Position numbers and translations under genes: made by a program. DNA of 58,043 nucleotides from a bacterium. GTDB taxonomy: Bacteria; Patescibacteriota; Patescibacteriia; Patescibacteriales; UBA12075. The notes under the pieces are model-generated. The model saw nothing but the letters and a program-made list of their open reading frames with translations, was not told the DNA's origin and did not search any database. The DNA is taken from positions 1-58,043 of the forward strand of contig JBDRDI010000039.1 of assembly GCA_043820875.1 (NCBI GenBank), read 5' to 3'. How positions within the stretch are numbered: the first letter of the stretch is position 1; each line of letters begins with the position of its first letter. Below are positions 1 to 9,400 of the stretch, piece after piece.

Positions 1-361
1 ATATATTAATTATATATGGATAAAATATAATCACTCCCATAATAACGGCAACAAGAGAGGCAAACATCACGGCGCAAGCCATGATGTCTTTTATTTCCTT
101 GATATAGACGTCCATACGCGGTTTCAAAATATCAACAACACGCTCCACGGCGCTATTCATAATTTCCGCGAGCATTACAAAGCCGATGGCCAAAACCAAA
201 AAGCACCATTCAAAACGAGAAACGCGGAAATATGCGCCCAAAAAAATTACCAGCGCGCCAACAGCGCTTTGCACTCTCAGATTCTGCTCTTCGCTCATCA
301 CTCTCGCAAAACCGCGCAAGGCGTATTGAAAACTCTTAAATAAACGTTTTATTTTTATCAT
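1..361 (-). CDS. dgkA: Diacylglycerol/undecaprenol kinase family protein; 3' end runs off the window; not in the ORF track
   Basis: Manual translation from ATG at 361: MIKIKRLFKSFQYALRGF...EEQNLRVQ...EIMNSAVERVVD...IKDIMACAV. Matches the DAGK_prokar motifs (SF..A..G, EQN, E..NSA.E..VD, KD); lies directly downstream of ybeY, a common linkage. Confidence 0.9.
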   Translation of the reverse strand, partial: MIKIKRLFKSFQYALRGFARVMSEEQNLRVQSAVGALVIFLGAYFRVSRFEWCFLVLAIGFVMLAEIMNSAVERVVDILKPRMDVYIKEIKDIMACAVMFASLVAVIMGVIIFYPYIINI

Positions 362-365
362 AATA

Positions 366-779
366 TTATATTTTAAACGCAGAGAGGCGGGAAATAAATT
401 TCTCTCCCAATACTTCCATCTCTCTCGCGCCTTTTTCAGTTTTATCACTATATCCAATCAAGTGCAAAAGGCCGTGGATTAAAATAAATACCAATTCTTC
501 CAAAAAATTTTTTCTCGCCATTTTTGCCTGTCTTTTAATTTGCGCGCAATCAATAATTATCTCGCCCAAAAATTTACCCTCGCCACTGAAAGAAAGAACA
601 TCGGTCGGACCGATTTTTTTTCTGTATTTCAAATTCAAATCGCGCATTGCCGCGTCGCCGACAAAAGCGATGGAAACTTCATGGTTTTCTTTTTGATAAT
701 ATTTTAAAAACTTTTTTACGGTGTTTAAAAGAAATTTCTCCGGAATTTTTGTTTTGGTTTTATTGTTAATTTCCACCAT
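366..779 (-). CDS. ybeY: rRNA maturation endoribonuclease YbeY
   Basis: LN.KYRKK..PTDVLSF, LGEIII and the HGLLHLIGY metal site; the third His position of H3xH5xH reads S (GYSD). Confidence 0.93.
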   Translation of the reverse strand: MVEINNKTKTKIPEKFLLNTVKKFLKYYQKENHEVSIAFVGDAAMRDLNLKYRKKIGPTDVLSFSGEGKFLGEIIIDCAQIKRQAKMARKNFLEELVFILIHGLLHLIGYSDKTEKGAREMEVLGEKFISRLSAFKI

Positions 780-785
780 AACTTT

Positions 786-1838
786 TTACATTCCGATTTC
801 CAGAGAATTAAACATCATTTTAAAAATATTTTCATAATACAGATTGCTATTCTCTCCGGTATTGTAAAACAAGGTGAATATTCTATCCGACTTATCGCTT
901 GTTAAATAAACCGTCAAGCCGTCTTCGTTTTGAATCGCGGTCCAACCGTTTTTCACAAGCATTTGGCTGTCTTTGATTTCTGTGACACTGAATTGTTCTC
1001 TATACCAGTCGTCCAGCATCCTACCTTCTGTATTTTGTCCGGCAACAACTTGAATAAATTGTCCGTCTTGCGTGTTAAACATTATTGAAGAAACGCCGCC
1101 GACATTGTTTATGCTCCAATCTTTAGGATAATATAGATAATATCCGTAGGCTGTATTTTCATATCTTTCTATTCCGGAATTAACCATAATTTTTTCAGCG
1201 CCGTCCGGATTATAAAGAGCAAGAACTTCGGTCAGGTCACTATAACTATCCAAATCAGAATCCTCCAAATCGCTTCTGGTTCCAAAAATACTTTCTTCTT
1301 TGTCGCCCAAGCCGTCTTGATCGGCGTCCAAAACGATTTGCGAAGTATTTTCTTCTTGAACTTCTTCTTCGGAATTTGTGGAAGAAGCGGATTCACTATT
1401 TATAATGATTTTTTCAATATCACCGGTCGTGTTTTCTTCCTCTATTGTTTCATCAACCGTATCTACGTTGGACAAAATACCGGAGTCTTCTTCTTGTTCA
1501 ATCACGTTTTTGTCTTCTGGTATTGTTTGAATAAAATTATCTTCTGTTCTTTTTTCTTCTTCCACTATTATTTCATTTTTTGTTTTTAACAAACCCATAT
1601 TTTGCTTCTTAAACAAAAAGAAGTAAGCGCCAACCAAAATAACGGCCAAAATCAATACGCCGCCTGCGATAATAAAAATTCCTTCGCTCTTGGCTTTGTT
1701 CGTAGCGGTTCGAAAATTTAAAAAACGTTTGGGCATAGTATGCACCACAACATCTTTAATATCAACATCATCTTCTCTTTTTACAAATTCTCCGTGACCC
1801 AATTTGGAATCTTCTTTTTTTGGTTCGTTTTCAGTCAT
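786..1838 (-). CDS. Single-pass membrane protein with acidic linker, TSP3-like Ca-binding repeats and a C-terminal PsbP/Mog1-like domain
   Basis: TM segment IFIIAGGVLILAVILVGAYFFLF; DADQDGLGDKEE and DSDLDSYSDLTEV; C-terminal YENTAYGYYLYYPKDW start typical of PsbP-like folds. Confidence 0.6.
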   Translation of the reverse strand: MTENEPKKEDSKLGHGEFVKREDDVDIKDVVVHTMPKRFLNFRTATNKAKSEGIFIIAGGVLILAVILVGAYFFLFKKQNMGLLKTKNEIIVEEEKRTEDNFIQTIPEDKNVIEQEEDSGILSNVDTVDETIEEENTTGDIEKIIINSESASSTNSEEEVQEENTSQIVLDADQDGLGDKEESIFGTRSDLEDSDLDSYSDLTEVLALYNPDGAEKIMVNSGIERYENTAYGYYLYYPKDWSINNVGGVSSIMFNTQDGQFIQVVAGQNTEGRMLDDWYREQFSVTEIKDSQMLVKNGWTAIQNEDGLTVYLTSDKSDRIFTLFYNTGENSNLYYENIFKMMFNSLEIGM

Positions 1839-1850
1839 AATTTTATAATT

Positions 1851-2720
1851 TTAGGGAGTTAATTTTTGTGGCAACTTACCTTCTCCGTTTGGATTATAGC
1901 CGTTTTTTACTTCTTCACCATCACTATAGCCATCACCGTCAGTATCGGAATTGTTGGGATCGGTTTTGTATATGGTAACTTCTTCCAAATCAAACAAGTC
2001 GTCATGATCCGTATCTATCAGAAAAGGATCTGTGCCAAGTTCCTCTTCTCTTCGGTCGGACAACCCATCTTGATCAAAATCATTTTCAGCCTCAATACCG
2101 ATTTCGTTCAAATTTGATTCTACAGGTTCTGTGCTGTCAATTTCCACGTCCGAGGAATTTATTTCAATTTTTGGCGTAATATTTTTGTCCTCTTCCACAA
2201 CGTTTTGATTCAAATCTTTTGAATCTATAATTATTTCTTCTTGACCGATAAAATATTTATACCCGAAATAAGAAGCGGCCGATATGCCAACAAGGCCCAA
2301 AAATAATATAACTAACAAAACAAATTTCTGCATCTTTCCGCTTGCCGGTATTTCTTCAGTTTCCGCTATTTGTGTTGGTCTATTCTCGGAGCGGAATACC
2401 GCCGGTTTTTGTTTTTCAACTATCGGCTCTCCTTCTTCGGCAAAAATATCTTCCAAATCTTTTCTGGATTGCGCATTATCAATCGGTGGTGTGACAGGAG
2501 CAGGCTGGCTTTTCACGGCCGGATGATGAGTTTCTTCTTTTACAAAATGCCCTTGACCGGCACCCATCGGACGGTTGGTTTCGGTTTCAAATGGCGTTTC
2601 CGTAAAACTCTTATCCTCTTGTTTCGGAAATAACGGACGCGGAACAGGTGCTTTTGGCGCAACCGAATTATTATCGGAAGCCACGGGCGGATTTGATTTT
2701 TTGGTTAAGTCGTCAAACAT
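1851..2720 (-). CDS. Single-pass membrane protein with Pro-rich N-terminus and C-terminal bacterial TSP3-type Ca-binding repeats
   Basis: TM segment FVLLVILFLGLVGISAASYFGY; repeats DFDQDGLSD, DTDHDDLFD, DTDGDGYSDGEEV..GYNP. Confidence 0.7.
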   Translation of the reverse strand: MFDDLTKKSNPPVASDNNSVAPKAPVPRPLFPKQEDKSFTETPFETETNRPMGAGQGHFVKEETHHPAVKSQPAPVTPPIDNAQSRKDLEDIFAEEGEPIVEKQKPAVFRSENRPTQIAETEEIPASGKMQKFVLLVILFLGLVGISAASYFGYKYFIGQEEIIIDSKDLNQNVVEEDKNITPKIEINSSDVEIDSTEPVESNLNEIGIEAENDFDQDGLSDRREEELGTDPFLIDTDHDDLFDLEEVTIYKTDPNNSDTDGDGYSDGEEVKNGYNPNGEGKLPQKLTP

Positions 2721-2842
2721 AAATTAATAATTTTAATTTTTAAAATATAAACACGTGTTTGGACTGCTGTGTTTTAACAGCTTTTGTCCGTCGCATATTT
2801 ACGTATCTTTATGGCCACCGATTATAAATCTTTAAAAATATA

Positions 2843-3697
2843 TTATTTCTCGGCAATAACAAATAAATTATCCACGTTTACTTTATGGGCGGATGTAAAA
2901 AAAATAATCTTAGAAATATAAAACCAAAAATTTTTTAACAATTTTAAAAAAATATTCTTGCTGCCAGAGACGCTTTGAATCGGTTTGAGGTGGATAAATT
3001 TTATTTTTTTGAAATTATTTTTTGCAAGTAGCACTTTGATTGTTTTTGGAGTATATATATTGACATGATCTTTCGCCTCCATGTAATGGGCATGCGGATT
3101 TACGTTTTGAAAAATTTTTTTTAATTTTGCCTTAAAGAGTTGGACATCGGCGTTAGGCGTATGCATAAAAATAAAACCGCCTCTTTTTAATATTTTATTT
3201 AAATAACGAAGCGATAGATGCGGATTCGGAATATGTTCTATAACGTCCCACAAGGTGATGACGTCAAAATAATTATCCGGAAAAGAAGAATCTTCCACGC
3301 GACCTCGAAAAACATTTTTTAATTTCAAACTATTTTTCGCGAATTCTACCGCGGGACCAGAAACCTCATATCCAAAAACTTCCCAATCCGGATACGCGCT
3401 ATTCTTTTTCACAAAATAACCGAGGCCGCAACCGACATCTAAAAGTTTTCCGCGTCCGCCGCAGATAAACTTTTCGCAAAAATCTTCATACATTTTTTCA
3501 TGAGCGTCTTTCCACCAAAAATGGTCTTCCGCGACAATCCGCTCTCCGTAATAATCTTCATAATCATCCTTTTGCCGATAAGAAGAAAAAATATGCCCGC
3601 AATTTTCGCATTTTAAAATATCAATGCCGTTTTCCCTAAATACCGACTTACTTTCATTTTTCCCGCACAAAATACATTTCATATATTTAAATAACAC
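2843..3697 (-). CDS. Class I SAM-dependent methyltransferase with N-terminal Cys-x2-Cys motifs
   Basis: LLDVGCGLG motif I; FDVITLWDVIEH; CILC and CENCG at the N-terminus. Confidence 0.88.
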   Translation of the reverse strand: MLFKYMKCILCGKNESKSVFRENGIDILKCENCGHIFSSYRQKDDYEDYYGERIVAEDHFWWKDAHEKMYEDFCEKFICGGRGKLLDVGCGLGYFVKKNSAYPDWEVFGYEVSGPAVEFAKNSLKLKNVFRGRVEDSSFPDNYFDVITLWDVIEHIPNPHLSLRYLNKILKRGGFIFMHTPNADVQLFKAKLKKIFQNVNPHAHYMEAKDHVNIYTPKTIKVLLAKNNFKKIKFIHLKPIQSVSGSKNIFLKLLKNFWFYISKIIFFTSAHKVNVDNLFVIAEK

Positions 3698-3712
3698 TAT
3701 TTTTTAAAAAAA

Positions 3713-4132
3713 TTAATTTTTATTTTTAATCAACTTTTTTATTCCTATACCGATTCCATAACCAACGGCGAGAAGGCAGAGCATCAAAATTAAAAATCCA
3801 ATATTGTCTTGCAGGGCATATTTATCAAAATCTGTAATTATAAAAAGAATCGATAATAACCAAAATAAAAAAGTTCCGATTAAATAAACTTTCCAAGCTT
3901 TTTTCTGTATAAATATCGCAAAGGAAAAAATAGCCAACAAAAAAATATAAAAATAAACAAAACCTTCCGTAACGGCTCTTTCATCACATAACCCAATGAA
4001 AATATCACATCCTTTAAACTCCCAAAAAAACCTATGTAATGCTCCGCCTACCGGCGCCAATATCAACGCCAACAGTATAGATCCGCAATAAACGCTGATT
4101 ATTGTTATAATATCTTTCGTTTTTTCACTCAT
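3713..4132 (-). CDS. Hypothetical membrane protein with about 4 TM segments
   Basis: Four hydrophobic stretches; co-oriented, 6-bp gap to the upstream lipase gene. Confidence 0.7.
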   Translation of the reverse strand: MSEKTKDIITIISVYCGSILLALILAPVGGALHRFFWEFKGCDIFIGLCDERAVTEGFVYFYIFLLAIFSFAIFIQKKAWKVYLIGTFLFWLLSILFIITDFDKYALQDNIGFLILMLCLLAVGYGIGIGIKKLIKNKN

Positions 4133-4138
4133 AAATTA

Positions 4139-6421
4139 TTATAAATTATTTTTTAAATAATTAATATCTTGTTTAATTATATCACCTCCATACTTTATTA
4201 TCCAATCTTGCTTTTCGTAAATATTTATTAACTTTATCATAACCTCGTATTTTGTTTTAATTATTTTTTTCAGAATCTCCGCATTAGGATTGTCTTGATG
4301 CTTTTCAATATATTCCTTTACCCATTCCAAATCTTTTATTAACGTATTTTTAATCCGTTCCCGTTTTATAATATTTTCGCCGTAACATCTTTTCACGTCA
4401 TCAATCGCGCTGTCTATACTGGATATTATCATAAAATCAATTTCTTTTATTGTTTCATTGCCGGCCATGTCTACCGCGGTAATTTTTAAAACATGCGCGC
4501 CGAGCCTTTGATAAAACAAATCAACCGTGGTTGTTGATAAAATATTTCCGTCCAAATATATATAAATATTTTCTATTCCGGAAAAATCATCGGTTGCCGA
4601 ATAATCAATCGTCAAATTTTCACTATGTAAATACTTTTCCCCTTCAATCGGATTGTTTATCGCTATAACCGGCGGAATTTCGTCTTCCGGCTCCAAATCG
4701 CCAATCGGATTTTCTTCGTTTTCATTATTATAATTAAAATCAAAAGCATGATTTTCATTCAAGTTGATATTACCGGTAAAATCTTTGGTGATTTCTTTTT
4801 CTTCACTGATATAATCTACTTCCACTGCATATTCGCCGTTATCAGTTCCTTGTAATTCTATTTTATATTCGCCCTGTTCCGGATTTATAATCACGGCGAA
4901 TTCCGGTTCATTAATAAAGCCCGTATAAAAAGAGTGTTCTATTTCATTGATATTCACATTATTTGTAAAATCTTTACCCAATTTTTGGCCGCTCGGAGAA
5001 GTAATCACAAAATCAGCCGGAGAATGAATGCTAATTACTAATATTTCTTCCGGCTCCGGCGTGTTGTTAATTTCATAAATTGGCATTGTACCGGTTAAAT
5101 ATGATATCACTTGTTTTTGAGCTTCTGTCGGAAAACTATCATGAGAAGCATCATTAATTACAGATACAGGGAATGGCAATGAACTAATATTTGGCACCGT
5201 TCCATCGCCAGCTAAATTTATTGTCTCTTCTCTATATCCATGTTCCCACATCGGACTATAATCCTCACCAGAACTTACTTTAATCACATTTATGGTATTG
5301 TCGCCAGTATAACCAGTAATGTTTAATGCGCTTATACCACTGTTTAAAAATTGATTTATTTTTTCTTCCGAATTCAAGTATTCCAAAAAATCATTATATG
5401 GATAATTGTCAGGATAATTAATTTTATCGTACGGCCTTAATGATATGCTGTCCATATCTTGCAGATAAATGTAATCTGGCAATAGTTCTTCCACTGATTT
5501 TACTCTGTCTTGAATATAACTAAATAAACTATCATAACCAAACAAGTGAGCTTCAGAAATAAAATATATTTTTGCTATTTTTTCTTGATAACTTTCAAAT
5601 CCTGTCGCTCCTTCCCATCTTAAATAACTCTTCGGCACTCCTTTGTGCGGAGTCCCTAAAAATACAATCTTATCAACATCGTGGTCATAGTAATCGCTGA
5701 CAACATAATACCGTGTCACAAGTCCGCCCATGCTATGAGCCACAATATCAACTTTATCACTGCCGGAAATTGTTTTTACTTCATCTATTTTTTGTTTTAA
5801 AAATTGCGCGGTTACAACATTGGAATTGCGCCATTGGTATGGAAAAGCGAATAAAGTTTTATTCTCTTCATAGCCGGCTTGGAGAAAAGCGTCCCATAAA
5901 TTATCATAGGTGTCAAGAATTGGATCCAACTTCCACTCGCCATCAGAATACCAACTCCCCATAATCCCTGGCACAATAATGATCGGATTGGACGCAACAG
6001 CGGGGATATTAAAAGTCTTATTGTAAAAAACTGTCCCAGCTGGCCAACCTTCGCAACCATCTTCTTGACCATCGTCCAATTTAACGCTCTCATCTCCATA
6101 ATGAAGCCAGAGCGGTCCAATACCGCGACATCCGCCCTTTGAGTCAATAGCAGATACCATTAACACGTCTCCGACGCTAGCTTGAAAATTAACCGGCTGA
6201 TTATTGCAACTAGCCCAGTGCGGATCTATATCGCTATAAATCAAATTTCCGTTCAAATAAACATAAATATCATCGTCAACGCAAAAATTGTCCGTAAGCT
6301 GCGATCCACCGGAAAGTATAAAATTTCCGAAAGCAGCCCGCGCCACATTCACATCCGCGGCGGAAAAGAAAAACAGCGCGAAAAAAACCACAACGCAAAA
6401 TACAAATATTTTTTTCAACAT
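4139..6421 (-). CDS. Secreted alpha/beta hydrolase (PGAP1/LCAT-like lipase/acyltransferase) with flanking beta and Ig-like domains
   Basis: Signal peptide; IIIVPGIMGS; FPYQWR; nucleophile elbow VAHSMGG; FLGTPHKG; GDGTVP; candidate His in HDSFP; C-terminal Ig-like PPVIAINNP...AVDMAGN. Confidence 0.82.
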   Translation of the reverse strand: MLKKIFVFCVVVFFALFFFSAADVNVARAAFGNFILSGGSQLTDNFCVDDDIYVYLNGNLIYSDIDPHWASCNNQPVNFQASVGDVLMVSAIDSKGGCRGIGPLWLHYGDESVKLDDGQEDGCEGWPAGTVFYNKTFNIPAVASNPIIIVPGIMGSWYSDGEWKLDPILDTYDNLWDAFLQAGYEENKTLFAFPYQWRNSNVVTAQFLKQKIDEVKTISGSDKVDIVAHSMGGLVTRYYVVSDYYDHDVDKIVFLGTPHKGVPKSYLRWEGATGFESYQEKIAKIYFISEAHLFGYDSLFSYIQDRVKSVEELLPDYIYLQDMDSISLRPYDKINYPDNYPYNDFLEYLNSEEKINQFLNSGISALNITGYTGDNTINVIKVSSGEDYSPMWEHGYREETINLAGDGTVPNISSLPFPVSVINDASHDSFPTEAQKQVISYLTGTMPIYEINNTPEPEEILVISIHSPADFVITSPSGQKLGKDFTNNVNINEIEHSFYTGFINEPEFAVIINPEQGEYKIELQGTDNGEYAVEVDYISEEKEITKDFTGNINLNENHAFDFNYNNENEENPIGDLEPEDEIPPVIAINNPIEGEKYLHSENLTIDYSATDDFSGIENIYIYLDGNILSTTTVDLFYQRLGAHVLKITAVDMAGNETIKEIDFMIISSIDSAIDDVKRCYGENIIKRERIKNTLIKDLEWVKEYIEKHQDNPNAEILKKIIKTKYEVMIKLINIYEKQDWIIKYGGDIIKQDINYLKNNL

Positions 6422-6483
6422 AAAAATTTTTCAAAACTAAATATTTTTTATCCGACTCGCCAATTAAATAAAAACCATTGTTT

Positions 6484-9400
6484 TTACTTCGCAGCCACAC
6501 TCACTTCACCGGTCGGAGCGCTTTCAATATTCGCTTGATTAAACGACTTGATTCTAAAATAATAAGTGATACCTGAATTTAAATTCGCGACTGAATAAGT
6601 TTCAACGCGATGGTCAATGGTCTCTCGTGTCCATTCTTGTGAAGACGCGGTTCGGCTTTCAATAATAACTCCTGCCACGCCTTCGGCAGGCAATGTCCAA
6701 TTTAAATCAATTGTCCCATCCTCTGTTCCCGCTTTGGCGCTAGGATTGGACGGCGTCGCAAAAGGAGCCAAGTTCACGAGTTCCGCTTTTTCGGAAAAAT
6801 TTCCGGAAGTATCATAAGCCGCGATAGCCACTTTATAAATTACGCCATTCTTAACATCACTGATTATCGCGCCCCATTCCAAACCGATATCGGACTTGTT
6901 GGCATAATCTGTGGCGCTCTTTTCTGCCCAAAACACTCTGAATCCGGCCAAATCATTATTTGCCGCAAGTGTGGCATCTTTTGTTTCAGACCAGTCCAAA
7001 TCAATATTTTTATCTCCCGGAACGGCCTTAAACAAATTGCCGTTTACTATGACTGGAGAGGCGGTGTCTTGAATTTTTACCGAAATCTCTGAAGAAAGTT
7101 CACTTTCCGCGCCGGTAATACTGTTTTTTGCCGAAATAACGAAATAGTATGTCGCGCCTTTTTCCAAGGAAAAAATATAATAAGGACTGAACTCGCTGTG
7201 ATTTTTCGTTTCGCTGACAGATATATTATCAGAATAAGAGCCGGATGCTTTTCCGTAATAAATAACATAACTGTCTGCGTCAGGAACCGAATCCCACCAA
7301 AAAGCCGCGTTATCTCCTTCCTCTGTTTGGCTGTCGCTAACGTTATAAAGAATCAGATCTCCAATCACGGGAACTGATTCGCGGAAATAATAAGCTTCTT
7401 TAAACACACCATCACAAATTCCTTTCTTTTGACAATCCGCATCATACGCGCAAGTTCCGCCATCGATTAAGTCTGTTTGACAATGGCCACTTACACAGCT
7501 GATATTAGTTGTCGGCACATTGGGTACGGCGCAACTTGATTCATCCGCGCATAATTCATTGTTATAAAATCCGCCACGACACCTCCACTCTGATTTTCCT
7601 TTTATTAAAGTGCTTCCGCTCAATATTGCCGGTAAATCATCGTATGTCCCGGTTACGCCGGCATCACGGCAATAATATATTTCATAATTCGTATTACCAC
7701 AACTGGCGGAAGGAGGATTGCAATTTCCGGACGCGTCTTTCCACGGCGACCAAAAACCGTCGGAGTCTATTGGCGGCCACGGATTATCACAAATAAAAAC
7801 ATAAACATCTGCTTGTCCGGTGAACGAGGCGCTTGACGTGACAACGTTTGCTGTTGCTGAAACGCTTGTTCTCCAATCTGTTATTCCGTCCACGGCTTGT
7901 ATCAAAACGCGATTGGACCCGACAAGAACGGCAGGACTAATGTCTTTAACAATATCTTCATTACCTATGGACCAGTCCCATATCCAACTGTAAACGCCCG
8001 GAAGAGAAACCAATTTTTGACCGTTGGCGCTTAAGGATTGGGCGATAAAAAGTTTATCTCTATCGCGCGCCGTATCAAAAGTTGAATCGTTTGGATTGGT
8101 ATCAATTTCATCCAGATCGTTGGTCGTTGTTTGGAATAAATATGAAGAAGGGTTCACTTCCACACGGCTGATTTCGCAAACACCATTGTTTCTGGCCTGC
8201 TCCGGCATGGTAGTGAACATGGAGATATGGGCTCGGCTGAATTGCGCCCCGCTCATTGTTTCCGTATCATTGCCGTTCATCCCTATGCCCCAATAATTTT
8301 TTACGCCCTCGGAACTGTCTAAATTTTTGTCTCCCTTTACTATCACATAATATCTTCTGTCTCCGTCCAGTACTTTGTTCGGTTTGAACTCTAATATGCC
8401 ATGCTCGGCCGCGTTGTTATATCCGCCGGTTGCTCCGGTTATGGCGCAAAAATTATGTGTCGGATCCGGCGTCTCATAAGCAACAGCGGATTCTATCGGG
8501 AAAATTGAATAAATTGATTTTGCCAATCTACTGAATATGTTTGCTATAATAAATTTATTTTTATTTTTATTCAAATCATTTAAAGAAATATATGTTGTAT
8601 CATCCGGGCATAAATCCGCTCCATAATCTCCAACGATAATAATATTTCCGGAAAAACTGGACACATCCATTTTTTGGTCAAACTCAACGGAGATAATTGC
8701 GTTGCGACAAATATTTACGGCATTATCAGTCGGCGCAGTTTCAGTCGGAGCGACACTAACCACGTTGGGTCTGGCGCGACAGCAAGTATCACGTCCGCAA
8801 CCGGCCAATTCCGCCTCTCCAGACGGTGCGCATTGACTATCATCACTGCAACCGCAACACAACCCCCTTTGTCCGCCCGCGCACGGCTCAGCTTCGCGGC
8901 AATCCAAGATTGAGTTAATATTAGTGCAAGAATCAGGTGAGGCTGAAGTGTCACAGCAACAAGAACAAGTCGTATCATTCGGAACACAATTTCCGCCCGC
9001 ACAACCGCTTTCTCCGATACAACTATAAGGGTTTGAACAAAGCAAACCACAATTTCCGGTTGATTCATCAAAGCACGATTGACCTCCGATCGAACCGCCA
9101 TTACCACATTTTGATGAACAGATATCCAGTGACTTGTATGTCCCGGAAATATCCGGACTATTTTCGCAAGTTATCGGATCAGTTTGTGTACAATCATAAT
9201 ATGGACAATAGGCAAGTCCGTTGCCTCCCGGAATTGACGATTCATCTTCATCTACTCCGCGACAAGCGGAATTTTTCATATTGTCTACGCAACAATATTG
9301 ACTATGAGTTGAACACTCATTACTTGTAGAAAGAGCTCCGCAGTCGCGACAAACTCCTTGCGGATAATCCGCGCTACTTGTATCACAATATTTTCCGGAA

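Noticed and set aside
2761-2790. Possible riboswitch upstream of the 289-aa gene (GGAC-T-GCTGT-loop-ACAGC-TTTT-GTCC)
   Set aside because: Only one short bulged hairpin; no riboswitch consensus recognised.
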